Origin: Candidatus Marinacidobacterales bacterium
Lineage (GTDB): Bacteria; Acidobacteriota; Vicinamibacteria; Marinacidobacterales; DATDRI01
Reading direction: 5' to 3'
Length of the DNA: 64,000 bases
Assembly (NCBI GenBank): GCA_965219415.1
Contig: CBDCNP010000002.1
Span: 1-64,000 of the forward strand
Shown here: piece by piece, positions 10,177 through 21,579 of the stretch
How the letters are laid out: each line of letters starts with the position of its first letter
Position numbering within the stretch: the stretch's first letter is position 1
Notes under the pieces: generated by a model
Seen by the model: the letters and a program-made list of their open reading frames with translations, nothing else
Database searches by the model: none
What the model was told of the DNA's origin: nothing
Position numbers and translations under genes: made by a program

Positions 10177-10813
10177 ATGATTCTGAGACGACGCGTTAAG
10201 TGGCTGGTGGCTATCGCCGTGGCAACCGCGGTTCATGTTCGACTTTCGCTACCGCGGTGAGAGCGAGGGCGAGGAGTCCACGCTCGGGGCGAAGGAGCCG
10301 TGGGATATCCAGGGTGCGGTGAACTATCTCAAGACCCGATCCGATATCGACCCAGAGCGGATCGGCATCCAAGGTGGTTCCTTGGGAGCGGTGTCGGCGA
10401 TCCTGGCCGCGGCAGAGACGCCGGAGATAAAAGGTGTGGTCGCAGAAATCCCTTTCAAGAATCTTCCTAGTGCCATTGGCCACGCCTTCGAGCACCCCAA
10501 GGAAGGGGTTGGTTTGCCGAGCTTCCCCTTCGCACCTGTGAGCAAGTTTTTCTGCGAGCTGCGGCTGGGTGTGGATTTGGACGCGGTGTCGCCCGTTAAT
10601 GTAATCGGAAAGATCAGCCCGCGTCCGGTTTTTCTTATCGATGATCTGGAAGACGATGTGTTTCCAAGCAACTCAGTGGAAGCGCTCTACGAGGCGGCAC
10701 GCGAACCCAAAGAGTTGTGGCGAATCCTGGGTGCCCCACATGGAAAAGGCTGGGAGACCGCACCCCACGAATATGAGCGTCGGGTGCTGGCCTTCTGGCG
10801 GCGGAGCCTATGA
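10177..10813 (+). pseudogene. Alpha/beta hydrolase with an internal N-terminal deletion
   Basis: Signal-like MILRRRVKWLVAIAVA joined out of frame to MFDFRYRGES...GGSLGA...H; the usual N-terminal ~100 aa are missing. Confidence 0.65.
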
Positions 10814-12066
10814 AGACGAAGGAGATGGTAGAGTTTGGAATGGCGTTGGTGCCTCTTTTGCTAGGCATGGTGCTCGAGCCCATCGCCGTTCCGGGCCCGC
10901 AGCAGCAGGCCACCGAAACGGGACCAATCAGATATTTTTCATCGAGCTATGAATCGGCGAGGGAGGCATTCCTCGAGGCGGCGCAGCACGCCGGCGCGAG
11001 TGTGGAGAGTCTTCGAAACCCCCATGACGGATCGCAAGGTGAATCGCTCTTCACGGACATCGCGCTCCTAGGTAGCGCAGATGCGAAGAATGTCCCTGTC
11101 TTGAGCTCCGCGACACACGGTGTCTAGGGGTTTGCAGGATCGGGCATTCAAGTCGGGCTGTTGCGCGAAGGGCTTCTATCTCGCCTGGGGAAGGACACGA
11201 GCGTCGTGATGATCCATGCCATCAATCCCTACGGGTTCGCCCACCTGCGACGGTTCAACAAGGACAATGTCGATCTCAATCGCAGCTTCGTAAATCATTC
11301 CGAACCATATCCGCTCAACCCGGGATACGACGAGCTATCAGGGGTTCTTGCACCGCGCTCGCTATCCACTTGGTCGGGTCTCGCGTTCTGGTCCCGTTTA
11401 GGGTGGTATCTAGCGCGCAACGGCATGGGCGAACTCCGAGTGGCTGTATCCGGCGGCCAGTATTCGCACCCTGAAGGACTCTTTTACGGTGGTGGCTTCG
11501 AGGCGTGGTCGAACCAGACGATTCGGAAGATTGCTGCTCGATACCTCTCCGATGCCGATAACGTCGTGCTGGTCGATCTCCATACCGGACTCGGGAAGTA
11601 TGGAAGCGCTGAGATTATTCTCAATATCCCGAAGACAGACGAGGCCTACCTTCGAGCCGTCGCGATTTGGGGCGAAGGACGCGTCACTTCAACGGTCGGT
11701 GGTGACTCGCTTTCTGCACCCATCGAAGGGTCGGTGAAGTTCGGTCTTCCGAAGATGCTACCGCCGGCAAAAGTAACGGCGGTGAGTTTGGAATTCGGCA
11801 CGTCACCCGTCACGACCGTTTTGCCGGCTCTCAGGGCGGAGAACTGGCTGCATCATTATGGCGGGTCGGATCACGCTGAGGCAGGGCGCATCAAAGCGGA
11901 GTTACTGCGAGCCTTTTATCCCGACGCTGATGAGTGGAAGGTACGGGTGTGGGATCAGGGGAAAGAAGTTGTCGAGCAAGCGTTGGCGTACATGAACGGC
12001 GAAATCATCACATTTACCAGCGCAAATCCCTTTGGGTTTTCGGAAGGCAGCTTTCAAATTCGCTAA
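10810..12066 (+). pseudogene. M14-like zinc metallopeptidase (DUF2817-like) with in-frame TAG at 11125-11127
   Basis: SSATHGV*GFAGSG (HxxE motif interrupted), HAINPYGF, NVDLNR, DLHTGLG, LEFGT all in one frame. Confidence 0.85.
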
Positions 12067-12185
12067 GGAATTCATTGGAAAACACCTATTGGGAGCGGAA
12101 TCTCGTGGCGCATCGGAATCCGTCCAGTGAGGAGATCGACGAGGCGAGCACTCCTCACCGAGACCTGTCCAGTGCGGTCTCCCCG

Positions 12186-12233
12186 GTGTTACTTTTGGTT
12201 ACTGGGTCTGGACCGAGTAACGAAAGGTAACAC
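12186..12233. repeat. Dispersed palindromic repeat, copy 2 (complete, 48 bp)
   Basis: GTGTTACTTTTGGTTACTGGGTCT|GGACCGAGTAACGAAAGGTAACAC; 20 of 24 positions symmetric. Confidence 0.9.
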
Positions 12234-12585
12234 TTCCCTGTTTTCGAGCACTCGGAATTCTCTCCGGATTCCGCGGGGCGCCGGTCAGGTGATATAGTCA
12301 TCCGCCGAAAGGAAGGGCACAACACAAAGAAGTATCCACAAAAGGAGGGGGTCTCGATGGCTAAGACGATAGATTCGATTCCTGAGAAAACGAGATGGGA
12401 AATGGCGACGCAAGGATTGACCGGCGCATACCTCGCAATTTCTAATGCGTTAAAGCAAGCTGTAGACAGGAGAAATTTGAGGAGTTCAATGGGTCGCTCT
12501 GGTATGAAGCAGGAAAGGGAGCCAAGGAATTTGCTGATAGCCTCGAATTAAGCACTGAGACCGCAGAAGATGTCGAAGCCGCTAC

Positions 12586-14020
12586 GAAAGTGTGCCAATC
12601 TTAGTTGGGAATTGAAACGGCTCCAAACCCCGTGGTTTGATGGCGTTGGACAAAACAAAATCAAGCCGCGAAGAAAGGAGCCGAGATGGGAAGTCTGCTA
12701 CGTTCGGTCAAGAAACGCAAGAAGTCGCGTCGTTTGGGTGAGGTCGAGATGGTGAGGCACGAGGATTACGGGGAACTCGCGCTGGACGCCAAGGTAGAGA
12801 TGATCCGTTGGTTGGTCCCCCTTGGTCTAATGCACGTTCACGAGTTGCTCGACGACGAAGTGAAGGCGTTGGCGGGAGAGCGATACTCTCGCAAGGACGA
12901 GCTGGAGCGCGGTCGCCGTCCCGGAAGCAACCCGGGCACGGTAGGGCTTGGCGGCCAGCGGGTACCGATCCGTGTGCCACGGGTTCGGAGCATCGAGGGA
13001 GGAGAGATTCCGCTTCGCTGCTACGAGGCGGTGAGCCACGGCGGTGAGGTGAATGATCTTCTGCTGAAACGAGTTCTCTACGGAATCTCTTGTCGCAACT
13101 ACGAGGCGGCAGCGGAAGCGATTCCGGGCGCCATCGGGCTGTCGAGCTCAACGGTGTCCCGAGGGTTCGTGCAAGCGAGCGCTGCGAAGCTGCGGGAGAT
13201 GCAGGAACGGGATCTGACCGGCGAGGATGTGGTGGCGCTGTTTCTGGATGGGAAGACATTCGCCGAGGCAACGATGGTCGTGGCTCTGGGCATCACGCTT
13301 TGCGGGGAAAAACGCTTCTTGGGCTTCGTGGAGACGGACACGGAGAACGCGCAGGTGTTGACGCCGTTCCTGCGTTCACTGCTCGAGCGGGGACTCGATA
13401 TCTCCCAGGGTCTGCTGGTGATCATCGACGGCGGCAAGGGTCTCCAAGCGGCAGTCAAGAAGGCATTCCGTAAGCGGGCCCTGATACAACGCTGCCAGTG
13501 GCACAAACGTGAAAACGTAGTGAGCTACCTGTCCAAGGGCGAGCAGGCGTCATGGCGCAAGCGGCTCCAGTGGGCCTACAACAGGCCGGAGTACGAAGAG
13601 GCCCTCACTGCGCTCGAGCAACTCCACGGTGAGTTAGAAGAGCGGAACCAATCCGCAGCTGGCAGCCTGGAGGAAGGCCTCGAGGAGACGCTGACGTTGC
13701 ATCGACTCGGCGTGCACGCGGTGCTGGGCCGTTCGTTCAAGACGACGAACTGCCTTGAGTCCGTCAATGCTCTCGTCGAGGAACGCTGCGCGAAGGTCGA
13801 CCACTGGAAGAACTCGAGCCAACGCCAGCGCTGGTTGGCAACGGCGCTCGTAGACATCGAACCGCGCTTGAGGAAGGTGGTGGGCTACCGCCATCTTCCC
13901 AAGCTTCGCGAAGCTCTCAAGCGGGAACTGAAGATCGAGGCGAAGACATCAACCGTATCGAAGAAGAAGGTCGCTTAAACGTGAGCCGTGGAGAGTTTCA
14001 ACTAAGAATGGGCTTGACTC
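12586..14020 (+). mobile_element. IS256-family insertion sequence, ~1.43 kb
   Basis: Imperfect terminal IRs sharing CTTAGTTG; near-direct repeat GCCGCTAC / GACGCTAC at the flanks. Confidence 0.85.
12686..13978 (+). CDS. IS256-family transposase, intact
   Basis: 430 aa; LFLDGK, IIDGGKGL, QRCQWHKREN and TTNCLESVN motifs. Confidence 0.93.
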   Translation: MGSLLRSVKKRKKSRRLGEVEMVRHEDYGELALDAKVEMIRWLVPLGLMHVHELLDDEVKALAGERYSRKDELERGRRPGSNPGTVGLGGQRVPIRVPRVRSIEGGEIPLRCYEAVSHGGEVNDLLLKRVLYGISCRNYEAAAEAIPGAIGLSSSTVSRGFVQASAAKLREMQERDLTGEDVVALFLDGKTFAEATMVVALGITLCGEKRFLGFVETDTENAQVLTPFLRSLLERGLDISQGLLVIIDGGKGLQAAVKKAFRKRALIQRCQWHKRENVVSYLSKGEQASWRKRLQWAYNRPEYEEALTALEQLHGELEERNQSAAGSLEEGLEETLTLHRLGVHAVLGRSFKTTNCLESVNALVEERCAKVDHWKNSSQRQRWLATALVDIEPRLRKVVGYRHLPKLREALKRELKIEAKTSTVSKKKVA

Positions 14021-14368
14021 TGACGCTACACATCTCCTTGCTTCAGCGTCAATGGGGCCAGAGTTTGTATTCGAAGTTGTTGAGGCTACCGAAGACAGAT
14101 GTGTGGGAAGGACTACTCAGTGTCCTTGGCACAAGAGGTGGAAGGAGTTAGGCCTTAACTTTGATACTTGCGGCGTAGGGCATCAAAGATGGGGTGATGG
14201 AGCTGCCGAGAGTTTAAACCCCAATTTTACTTTCAAACTTACCAAGAATATGGTCCGTGGCGACTCGCATTGCGAGTGGGTAGTAGAGCGGAAGAAGTAG
14301 AGGCAAAAAGGAAAGATAACGTCTTTGTAGGTTGTGCCCTTCCCCGCCGCGAGTGTCTGTCGTTCTTT

Positions 14369-15697
14369 TCAACCCGCCAATAGATTGCGGGTCGCTCTCA
14401 AGACGAACACGGTGGGATAGAAGAGGTAGGCATTCCCCGCCAGTCGCCCGAGAAGAAGCGCGGTCGTTGCGGCCACCGCTCCCACCAAGTCGAGGACGTG
14501 AATTCCCACAAAGAGAACCGCGAGGATGCCGACTACCTCCACGGCGCACGCCACGGTAACCGGCCGCGTGTGACGGCCGTAAACCATGATCGAGCGCTGA
14601 AATGAGAGGAGCACGGAAAAGAAAGGCATGAAGCTCAAAATTCGGAGCGGCAACACCGAGAGCTCACTGAGCTCCTGACTAAGCCCGGAGATGTCGTGGA
14701 ACCAGATCGCAGACAAAGGCGTGAAAGCAATGAGCATGAGTCCCAAGTTGGCGGTCACTCCCAGGGCCGTGGCAAAGCGGGCGAGACGCCGAAAGTTTTC
14801 TCGGCGATCGTCGAGGAATGCGATGGCTACCTCTTGATAGGAGAGCGAGGTGCTTCGAAAGATGAAGGCGACTGAGGTGACCACTGGAAAGATGGCCAAG
14901 GATTCGAGCGCTAATTGGCTGCGACCCAGAAAGTAAGTCACCAGGGGGTGGACGGCGAGGGAGATAACCGATGTGAGCGCCAGCGGGATGTAGAAGTCCG
15001 TTATTCGCCTCACGGTCAACTGCTCGCTCTCGGCGAGCGGCGGAGCTTGGCGAATTTCCTCCACCGCTCGGGACGCCATGAAGCGCGTGACGACCGACTC
15101 CACCACCACGCCACACGAGAGAGCGGCTGCCCCCACTATGGCACCCGGCACCTGGGAGAACCGGTACAACAGGAATGCGGTCGCGGCCATAGTGGTAACT
15201 CGAATCGCGGTTCCATACCCGATACGCCGCGTCAGCCCGCGACGAATCATGAGACCCTGGAAAAAACGGCGATAGCCGATGGCGGCCGGCCACGGGAGCA
15301 AGATGATGAGGGAGCGGTGCGTCAGGTCTGCCACCTGTGAAGGCAGCAAAATAACGTCCTGCGTCAGCCAATAGAAGAGCGGCGGCCAGAGCACGAAGAG
15401 CATCGCCGCGGTGATGACCACGTTCAGGACGTAGGTGAAATTCCGGAGCCTGAGGAACGAATCCCAGTCCTTCACCAGGGCGGTAGAAGCACTCAGCATC
15501 ATAATAATGGGCGCCTCGACGAGGATGGCGAAGGAGAAGGCAATGCCGTAGGCGGCGAGGTTGTAAGTAGGGTCGTCGAGGCGTGCGATGATCGCGGCGA
15601 GGAAGGGCCCCTCCGCGGACATCATCAACCAGGTGGCCGCCAAGGGCGACCAGACGCGGAAGATCTTGCGGTAGGTTAGGTTGGCGTCAGCTGTCAA
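14369..15697 (-). CDS. MATE/ANKH-like multi-pass membrane transporter
   Basis: About 12 hydrophobic segments with an internal two-fold repeat (PLAATWLMM / PLALTSVIS). Confidence 0.7.
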   Translation of the reverse strand: MTADANLTYRKIFRVWSPLAATWLMMSAEGPFLAAIIARLDDPTYNLAAYGIAFSFAILVEAPIIMMLSASTALVKDWDSFLRLRNFTYVLNVVITAAMLFVLWPPLFYWLTQDVILLPSQVADLTHRSLIILLPWPAAIGYRRFFQGLMIRRGLTRRIGYGTAIRVTTMAATAFLLYRFSQVPGAIVGAAALSCGVVVESVVTRFMASRAVEEIRQAPPLAESEQLTVRRITDFYIPLALTSVISLAVHPLVTYFLGRSQLALESLAIFPVVTSVAFIFRSTSLSYQEVAIAFLDDRRENFRRLARFATALGVTANLGLMLIAFTPLSAIWFHDISGLSQELSELSVLPLRILSFMPFFSVLLSFQRSIMVYGRHTRPVTVACAVEVVGILAVLFVGIHVLDLVGAVAATTALLLGRLAGNAYLFYPTVFVLRATRNLLAG

Positions 15698-15729
15698 TCA
15701 GGCAGACCATTGTTGAGGAGAACAGAGTG

Positions 15730-17146
15730 TCACCGTATGACATGCAGGCCTCGTTCCTGAGCCCGGTCAAGATACTGAAATCCGTTTTCGGTAAATGCAA
15801 CAATTTGACCGACACCAAGCCGCACTCCGTTCGCACCCCAGCCCGGCACCTCAACACGAATATGTGGATGAAATACGTGAACCGTGTTGTGGGAGAGCTT
15901 GTGCCGGTCCGATACGATCGACGTCGGATAATACTGCGGCTGCGATGAGATCCCCGCCACGTAGGTCCCTTTCCAAAACATCAGTCCCCCCAACATAAAA
16001 CGCCGGATGAACATGGCAGGAGAGTGAAAGGACAGAGAAGCACCAGAAAAATTGTGGACACCGTTTTTCGACGGGATGGCGTGCGAGGCATCCTCAATCT
16101 CTTTGCCGGTCCTCCCGACTTTAAATTCCCTTGGCGATCAGGTCCTGGATCTCGTTAGCTTTTCTCAGCGCTTCGTTCAAAGCCTCCGGGACGTCAGTTT
16201 CATTCTCCTCGAGCACATAGGCGTACTGGTGCGAGTCGGTCACGAGACCAAACATCATGATATCTGAGTCGCAATTCACAATGTCGCCTGGCCGGATCAC
16301 TACGCTGGCAATATTGTATTTGAACTGATCGCCCAAGAAAACCTCAGCCTCCTCGGGATACTTTTCCATATTCTCCGGGCTTCTCTGGATCTCAATGGTA
16401 GGGTGATTCTCATTTTCAATACCGAGTTCGCGCGTGCGATGCCGTAACCACCAGTTTAAGTCCTCGGTCGTCGTTACATTCGGTGTGATCGCAACGTTCG
16501 AAAACCCTTCCGCCAGAATGTCATTGTGAAGGCCCATCACATAGCGAAAAACCTCGATCTGCTGGGGGCTCATCGTTTCCAGCCAACGCACACCCAAGAG
16601 CCACGAATCACCCGACCGTGCAGCATATATGCTCCCCAAAGCTTCGAGCATCTGCTCGTTATTGTGTTGTCCGACCGCGATCGTCGCAGGATCAAATTTT
16701 GTCACGAGTTTGGCAATATGTTCATAGTCACGGGGCTCGACATATTCGATGCTTTCGCCCGTGTCGTAGAACATCATCAAAGCCGGTAGCGTCTGTGAGA
16801 CTCCCGAAGCATAGGTACTCGGCAACGCCAGCCCTTCAAAATTCGCCGGCAGCAGCGAGGTATAGACCGGACCCTCATTGTTGTAATACAAATCCGCTTC
16901 ATTGTTGCGCACGATCCACATGTCGATGTTCTGTTCCCTCATGACCATCGGCAGCACGTGCTCCTTTTTCCACCGCCACGCCCGTTCCATGATTTGGACG
17001 CGCTGCCGCATCGGAATGATATTCTTTATGTACTCCCCAGGTTTCAAATTCTTGGGAATCTCAGGAACCTCGCCACGGCTATCGTCAGGGCAAGCAAGCA
17101 TCGTAAGAATCAAGATTGCGGAGATATTCGACCAACGGTTCATCAC
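15730..17146 (-). pseudogene. M24 (Xaa-Pro aminopeptidase-like) metallopeptidase, frameshifted near 16130
   Basis: VIRPGDIVNCDSDI...LVTDSHQYAYVL in 16121..17146; removing one G gives KEFKVGRTG, reading into ORF 15730..16014. Confidence 0.8.
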
Positions 17147-17385
17147 ATGTGCTCCTCGTAGTCGACTATAATGGAGTACAAGAGAACAATCGACAACCTA
17201 GAACGCCCTTCTCCCCATCCGGCTGAGAATGGGGGCCTGAAGATTCTCGCAAGGAGCATGCGACTATGTGTTGTTTTTCAGGAGCTGTTGAGCAAGTCTC
17301 GAGTACGCATATCTTCGCTCGAAGTGCCAACGGAAGCCAGTTCCTGGCGTACAGCATGACCTATGCCGCTGCGGCAGACGGAGCG

Positions 17386-18260
17386 TGTCAACAACATTGA
17401 GACACCCGCGAGCTGCATTTAGTGGAGCCTCGATTGGTGTCAGGAGGGTCGTGACGTCGATTTTGTCCACGTCTGCCTGGATTGAGATCTCTTACGTGGA
17501 GCGGAAAAAGGGGCTACCCCAGGTATGGACCACCCAGAGAAAGTGGCTCCTAGGCGATCCTCGCGCGTGTTTTTGTCAGGTGGGGGGTTGATCCAAGCCT
17601 GAGACGGCAAAACAGGGGGTTGAGGTTTTCCACGGACGAAGCGTTCGGGATGAGCCCGATGAGCGGCGAGAAGCGTGTGTCGGCGAGCCGCGTTGAGTTG
17701 TTCGGCGCGACCCTGATGAACGACGGCCGGTGTCATGAGACCGATTCCCGAGTGGCGGTGTTCGAGGTTGTAGTAGTCGAAGAAGTTGCGGCAGAACAGG
17801 CGAGCATCCTCGATGGAGCCGAAACGACGCGGGAACTGGGGGCAATACTTCAGCGTCTTGAACTGAGACTCGGAGTAGGGATTGTCGTTCGAGACGTGAG
17901 GTCGCGAGTGAGTCTTGGTAACGCCGAGGTCGGCCAGAAGCAAGGCGACGGACTTGCTTCGCATCGAGCTGCCACGATCCGCGTGGATGGTGAGCTGGCC
18001 TGGTTCGATGCCTTGCTTGCGACAGCTCTCGACGATGAGACGACGAGCGAGCTCGGCACTTTCTCGGTGAGCCAGCATCCAACCCGTGACGTAGCGGGAG
18101 AAGATGTCCAGGATCACGAAGAGGTAGTAGTAGGTCCACTTGACGGGGCCACGAAGCTTGGTGATGTCCCAGGACCAAACCTGGTTGGGGGCTTCGGCCA
18201 ACAGCTCCGGCTTGCGGTAGTTCGGATGGCACAGTTGGTTCCGACGTTCTCTGACTTCCC
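17386..18260 (-). mobile_element. IS3-family remnant (integrase-core ORF 17440..18201), 5' part removed at the IS256 end
   Basis: PNQVWSWDITKL, HADRGSSM, SNDNPYSESQFKTLKY; terminal TGTCA at 17386. Confidence 0.85.
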
Positions 18261-19329
18261 GGATCCGTCCCGCTTCCCGTGGAAATAAGAATGGCGTAAC
18301 CTCCGGTTAAGCAAAACGAAACCGCGCCTGGAAAGGCAAGGAGGAGGATTACGCCATGAAGAAGCCTACCACCATATTGAAGGAGTCTGTAAGCGAGTAC
18401 CGGGAGTTCGTCCAACTTCGGCTGCGTAAGCGGGTACTGGAGGCGATCGAGGTTGTGCTTGAGGAAGAAGTCGACCAAGCGCTGGGGTGTTGTAGCTACG
18501 AGCGTGCGGAAGACCGCCGTGGATATCGCAACGGAGCCGAAACCCGTCGCGTGACGACGTCGGTGGGAACTCGCGAGCTCCGGGTGCCACGAGCCCGCGT
18601 GCGAGACGAGGAAACGGGAGAAACGACAGAGTTCAGGAGCGAGCTGTTGCCCCGGTACGCGCGCCGGACTCGTGAGGTCGACGAGGCGCTCTTGGGGACG
18701 TACTTGTCGGGCGCGAATAGCCGCCGGGTCCGCAAAGCGCTGAAACCACTGCTCGGTGAGGAGCACCTATCGAAGAGCGCGGTGTCTCGCGTGGTTAGCC
18801 GGCTGAAGGAGCGCTTCGAGGAATGGCAGAACCGTGCTCTCAGCGAGGAGGTCTACGCGATCGTTTACCTGGACGGCTTCCACCTGAAAGTGCGGATGGC
18901 GAAACGTGTGATCAGCGTACCCGTACTGGCCGCGCTCGGGGTCGCGCCAGACGGGCACAAACGTCTGTTGTCATTGCGTCTGGCGGTGAGCGAAGCCTCG
19001 ACGCATTGGGGCTCCGTGCTGGAGGGACTCCAGGCTCGAGGACTCCGGGCTCCCAAGCTAGTGATCAGCGACGGCCACAAGGGGCTGACGAAAGCGCTGG
19101 AGAAGTGGCCGGGGTGCCGGTTGCAGCGATGTACCGAGCACAAGCGCGCCAACTTGCTCCAACATTGCCCGGCGCACGCACGCCGTGAGCTCCGGCGTGA
19201 CTACAACCGGATCGTCTACGTCAAGAACGGGTTCGATGCTCGCAAAGCCTATGACGAGCTCGTCGCCAAGTGGACGCCTCTCGCGCCGGCCGTCGTCCGA
19301 AGCCTGGGCTTGATCCGGTTTCGTAGACG

Positions 19330-20240
19330 GTTTAGTTAAGCTGGCGAAGTCATCATCCGTTCGTTCAAACTCGGCGGGACTGACCTGGCCGAGGGTCGAG
19401 TGTCGTCGTCTCTGGTTGTAGAATACCTCGATGAAGTCGAAGAGGGCCATCTTGGCCTCGCCGCAACTGAGGAAATGCTCCCCAAGCTCGTGCTTGACCG
19501 TGGAGAACCAGCTCTCGATGACGGCGTTGTCGTAGCAGTTGCCCCGTCGGCTCATGCTCCCGGTCATGCCATGCGTCTCAAGGAGACGTTGGTAGTCTTT
19601 GCTGGCATACGGACTGCCCTGATCGGAGTGATGCAAGAGCCCCGCGGCCGGTTGGCGACGTTTCAGTGCCATCCGCAACGCCTTGATAACCAGGTGACGG
19701 TCGTTAATAGCACTTACGGCCCACCCAACGAGGAATCGCGAGTAGAGGTCGAGGAGCGCCGCGAGATAAAGCTTCCCGCCGCTGCCGATCACGAACTCGG
19801 TCGTGTCCCCGACCCACCGTTGGTTCGGCGCATCGGCGACGAAGTCTTGCCCGAGCACATTGGCCGCGACGGGCTGGCCATGACCGCTTACCGTCGTGCG
19901 CTTGAAGCGTTTGCGTACTCGAGCAATGAGGCCTTCTGCCTGTTTCAACCGAATCACCCGCTTCCGACTCACTCGATACCCCTGCTCGTGCAGGTCGTGA
20001 TAAATCCGCGGACTCCCATAGGTGCGGCGACTCGCCTCATGGGAGGCACGAATCAACACGCGCAACTGGCGGTCCCGGCGCGCGTGGGCCGACGGCGGCC
20101 GACGTACCCAGGCATAAAAGCCACTCCGAGAGACGTTGAGAATCTGACACAGGTGAACGACCGGTACGGTGGCCTTCTCCGCCTGGATGAACGCGAATCT
20201 TACTCGCTCTCCTTCGCGAAGAAGGCCGCGGCTTTTTTTA
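19330..20240 (-). CDS. IS3 transposase OrfB (-1 frameshift product; boundaries approximate)
   Basis: YGSPRI, WVGDTTE, HHSDQGSPY, GNCYDNAVIESWF. Confidence 0.85.
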
Positions 20241-20517
20241 AAACGTCGCGCTCCACCCGCAACCGCCGATTCTCTTTGCGGAGCCGCCGAAGCTCCTCGC
20301 GTTCCACGCCCGTCAAGCCCGTCCGGCCCTTCGTCCGATCGGCCCGGGCCTGACGGACCCAGTTGCGAAACGCCGATTCGGTGAGGTCAAGCTCCCGGGC
20401 CACCCGACCCACGCTCTGGCCCTCATCAAGCACCAGCCGGACCGCGCCTGCCTTAAACTCGTCATCAAACTCCCGGCGGGGTCGCCGGGGCTGCGTTGTC
20501 TTTGCCATTGTGGACAT
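20200..20517 (-). CDS. IS3 transposase OrfA
   Basis: RREFDDEFKAGAVRLV HTH and LKKAAAFFAKE end with an A7G slippery site. Confidence 0.9.
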   Translation of the reverse strand: MSTMAKTTQPRRPRREFDDEFKAGAVRLVLDEGQSVGRVARELDLTESAFRNWVRQARADRTKGRTGLTGVEREELRRLRKENRRLRVERDVLKKAAAFFAKESE

Positions 20518-20888
20518 CGTATCCGCCTTTCAGAAAATGTCCACGAAACTGGATCAAGCCCAAACTAGAGGAGGCCGGTAATCAGCTGCTGACCTTCTAC
20601 GAATTCCCTCGTGCCATGTGGAAACCGTTTCGAACGACCAAAGCTCTGGAGAATCTCAACCGCGAGTTTCGACGCCGGACGAAAACCCAAGCGTCGTTCT
20701 CCAGCGAGGAGTCTGCGGTCGCTTTGCTGTTTGGGCTTATCGCCTCTGGCCAGATTCAACTACGACGCATCGACGGCCACCAACGTCTGAGCGAGGTTCT
20801 CGAACACGCGGAGGTCACCGCCTGATATGATACTCTGATGACGGAGTGGAGGGTGCCGTTCTTTTTCCACGGACCTCGGGACACATCC

Positions 20889-21333
20889 GGTACCGGCGGA
20901 TCGCTACGACGTGCGGCCGAGTTACTATGTTTACGGCGGTCTCGTCTTCACCACTCTCACCACCAATTACCTCAAGTTATGGGGTAAAAAGTGGTACAAC
21001 GATGCGCCTGCCCATCTACTCGATCTCCGGACGGGATTTCTTGAAGCGAAAGGGGAAGGGGTGGTTCTCCTCGTCAAGGTCCTCGCCTCCGAGGTGAATA
21101 CCGGGTATCACGACATCTTCAACGGCCATGTCACCGAGGTCAATGGACAGAAGGTCAAGAATCTTCGGCACCTGGTCGAGCTGGTCGAGGCGGATGCGGA
21201 CGAGCCGTTCGTTGCGTTCAAGGGCAATAATCACTCTGTAGTCGTATTGGATCGGGAAAAGGCAGAGCTCGAAAATCCCAAAATCCTCGAAACCTATGGC
21301 ATTTCTGCAGACCGGTCCGAGGACCTTCGGTAG
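20889..21333 (+). pseudogene. C-terminal PDZ-like domain of a DegP/Deg2-type serine protease; N-terminus lost at the IS end
   Basis: PSYYVYGGLVFTTL...VLASEVNTGY...VNGQKVKNLRHLVELVE. Confidence 0.75.
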
Positions 21334-21493
21334 TTTTGCCGGGGCGTTGCCGTCGCCGTCGCCTGGTCCTCCGCTATCGTCCGCGTTATCCCGACCTCGG
21401 GACCTTGGAGATCGAGGCTGGCGATCGCCCTAAGCCGCACTCGAGAGGAGGTGTCCGGAAGGTGCTTGGACCGTAGTCGTCAGGATGAAACCA

Positions 21494-21557
21494 ACTAGGT
21501 CCGGACCGAGTAACTAATGGTAACAACGCTTGCGTTACCTTCGGTAACTCGCCCGGA
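21494..21557. repeat. Dispersed palindromic repeat, copy 3 plus an adjacent inverted arm
   Basis: ACTAGGTCCGGACCGAGTAACTAATGGTAAC (21494-21524), then GTTACCTTCGGTAACTCGCCCGGA (21534-21557). Confidence 0.85.
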
Positions 21558-21579
21558 GGCCAAGATGTTAATGTCTAGC

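Larger units (their letters stand above)
12357..14300 (+). pseudogene. V4R / ATC-hydrolase-like small protein split by IS256 (parts 12357..12585 and ~14030..14300)
   Basis: Removing the IS rejoins ...EDVEAA-THLLASASMGPEF...QCPW...TC...HCEWVVERKK in frame; an extra frameshift lies near 12465. Confidence 0.75.
19305..20562 (-). mobile_element. IS3-family insertion sequence, 1258 bp
   Basis: TG...CA ends with IRs TGGGCTTGATCCGGTTTCGTAGAC / GTCCACGAAACTGGATCAAGCCCA. Confidence 0.93.
18356..20825 (+). pseudogene. IS256 transposase split into 18356..19304 and 20563..20825
   Basis: GYRNG, VYLDGF, ISDGHKGL and QRCTEH in the first part; RTTKALENLNREFRRRTK in the second. Confidence 0.9.
18261..20888 (+). 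mobile_element. IS256-family element copy A, interrupted by an IS3 element
   Basis: IRs GGATCCGTCCCGCTTCCCGTGGAAA / TTTCCACGGACCTCGGGACACATCC; near-identical to 57095..58463. Confidence 0.92.
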
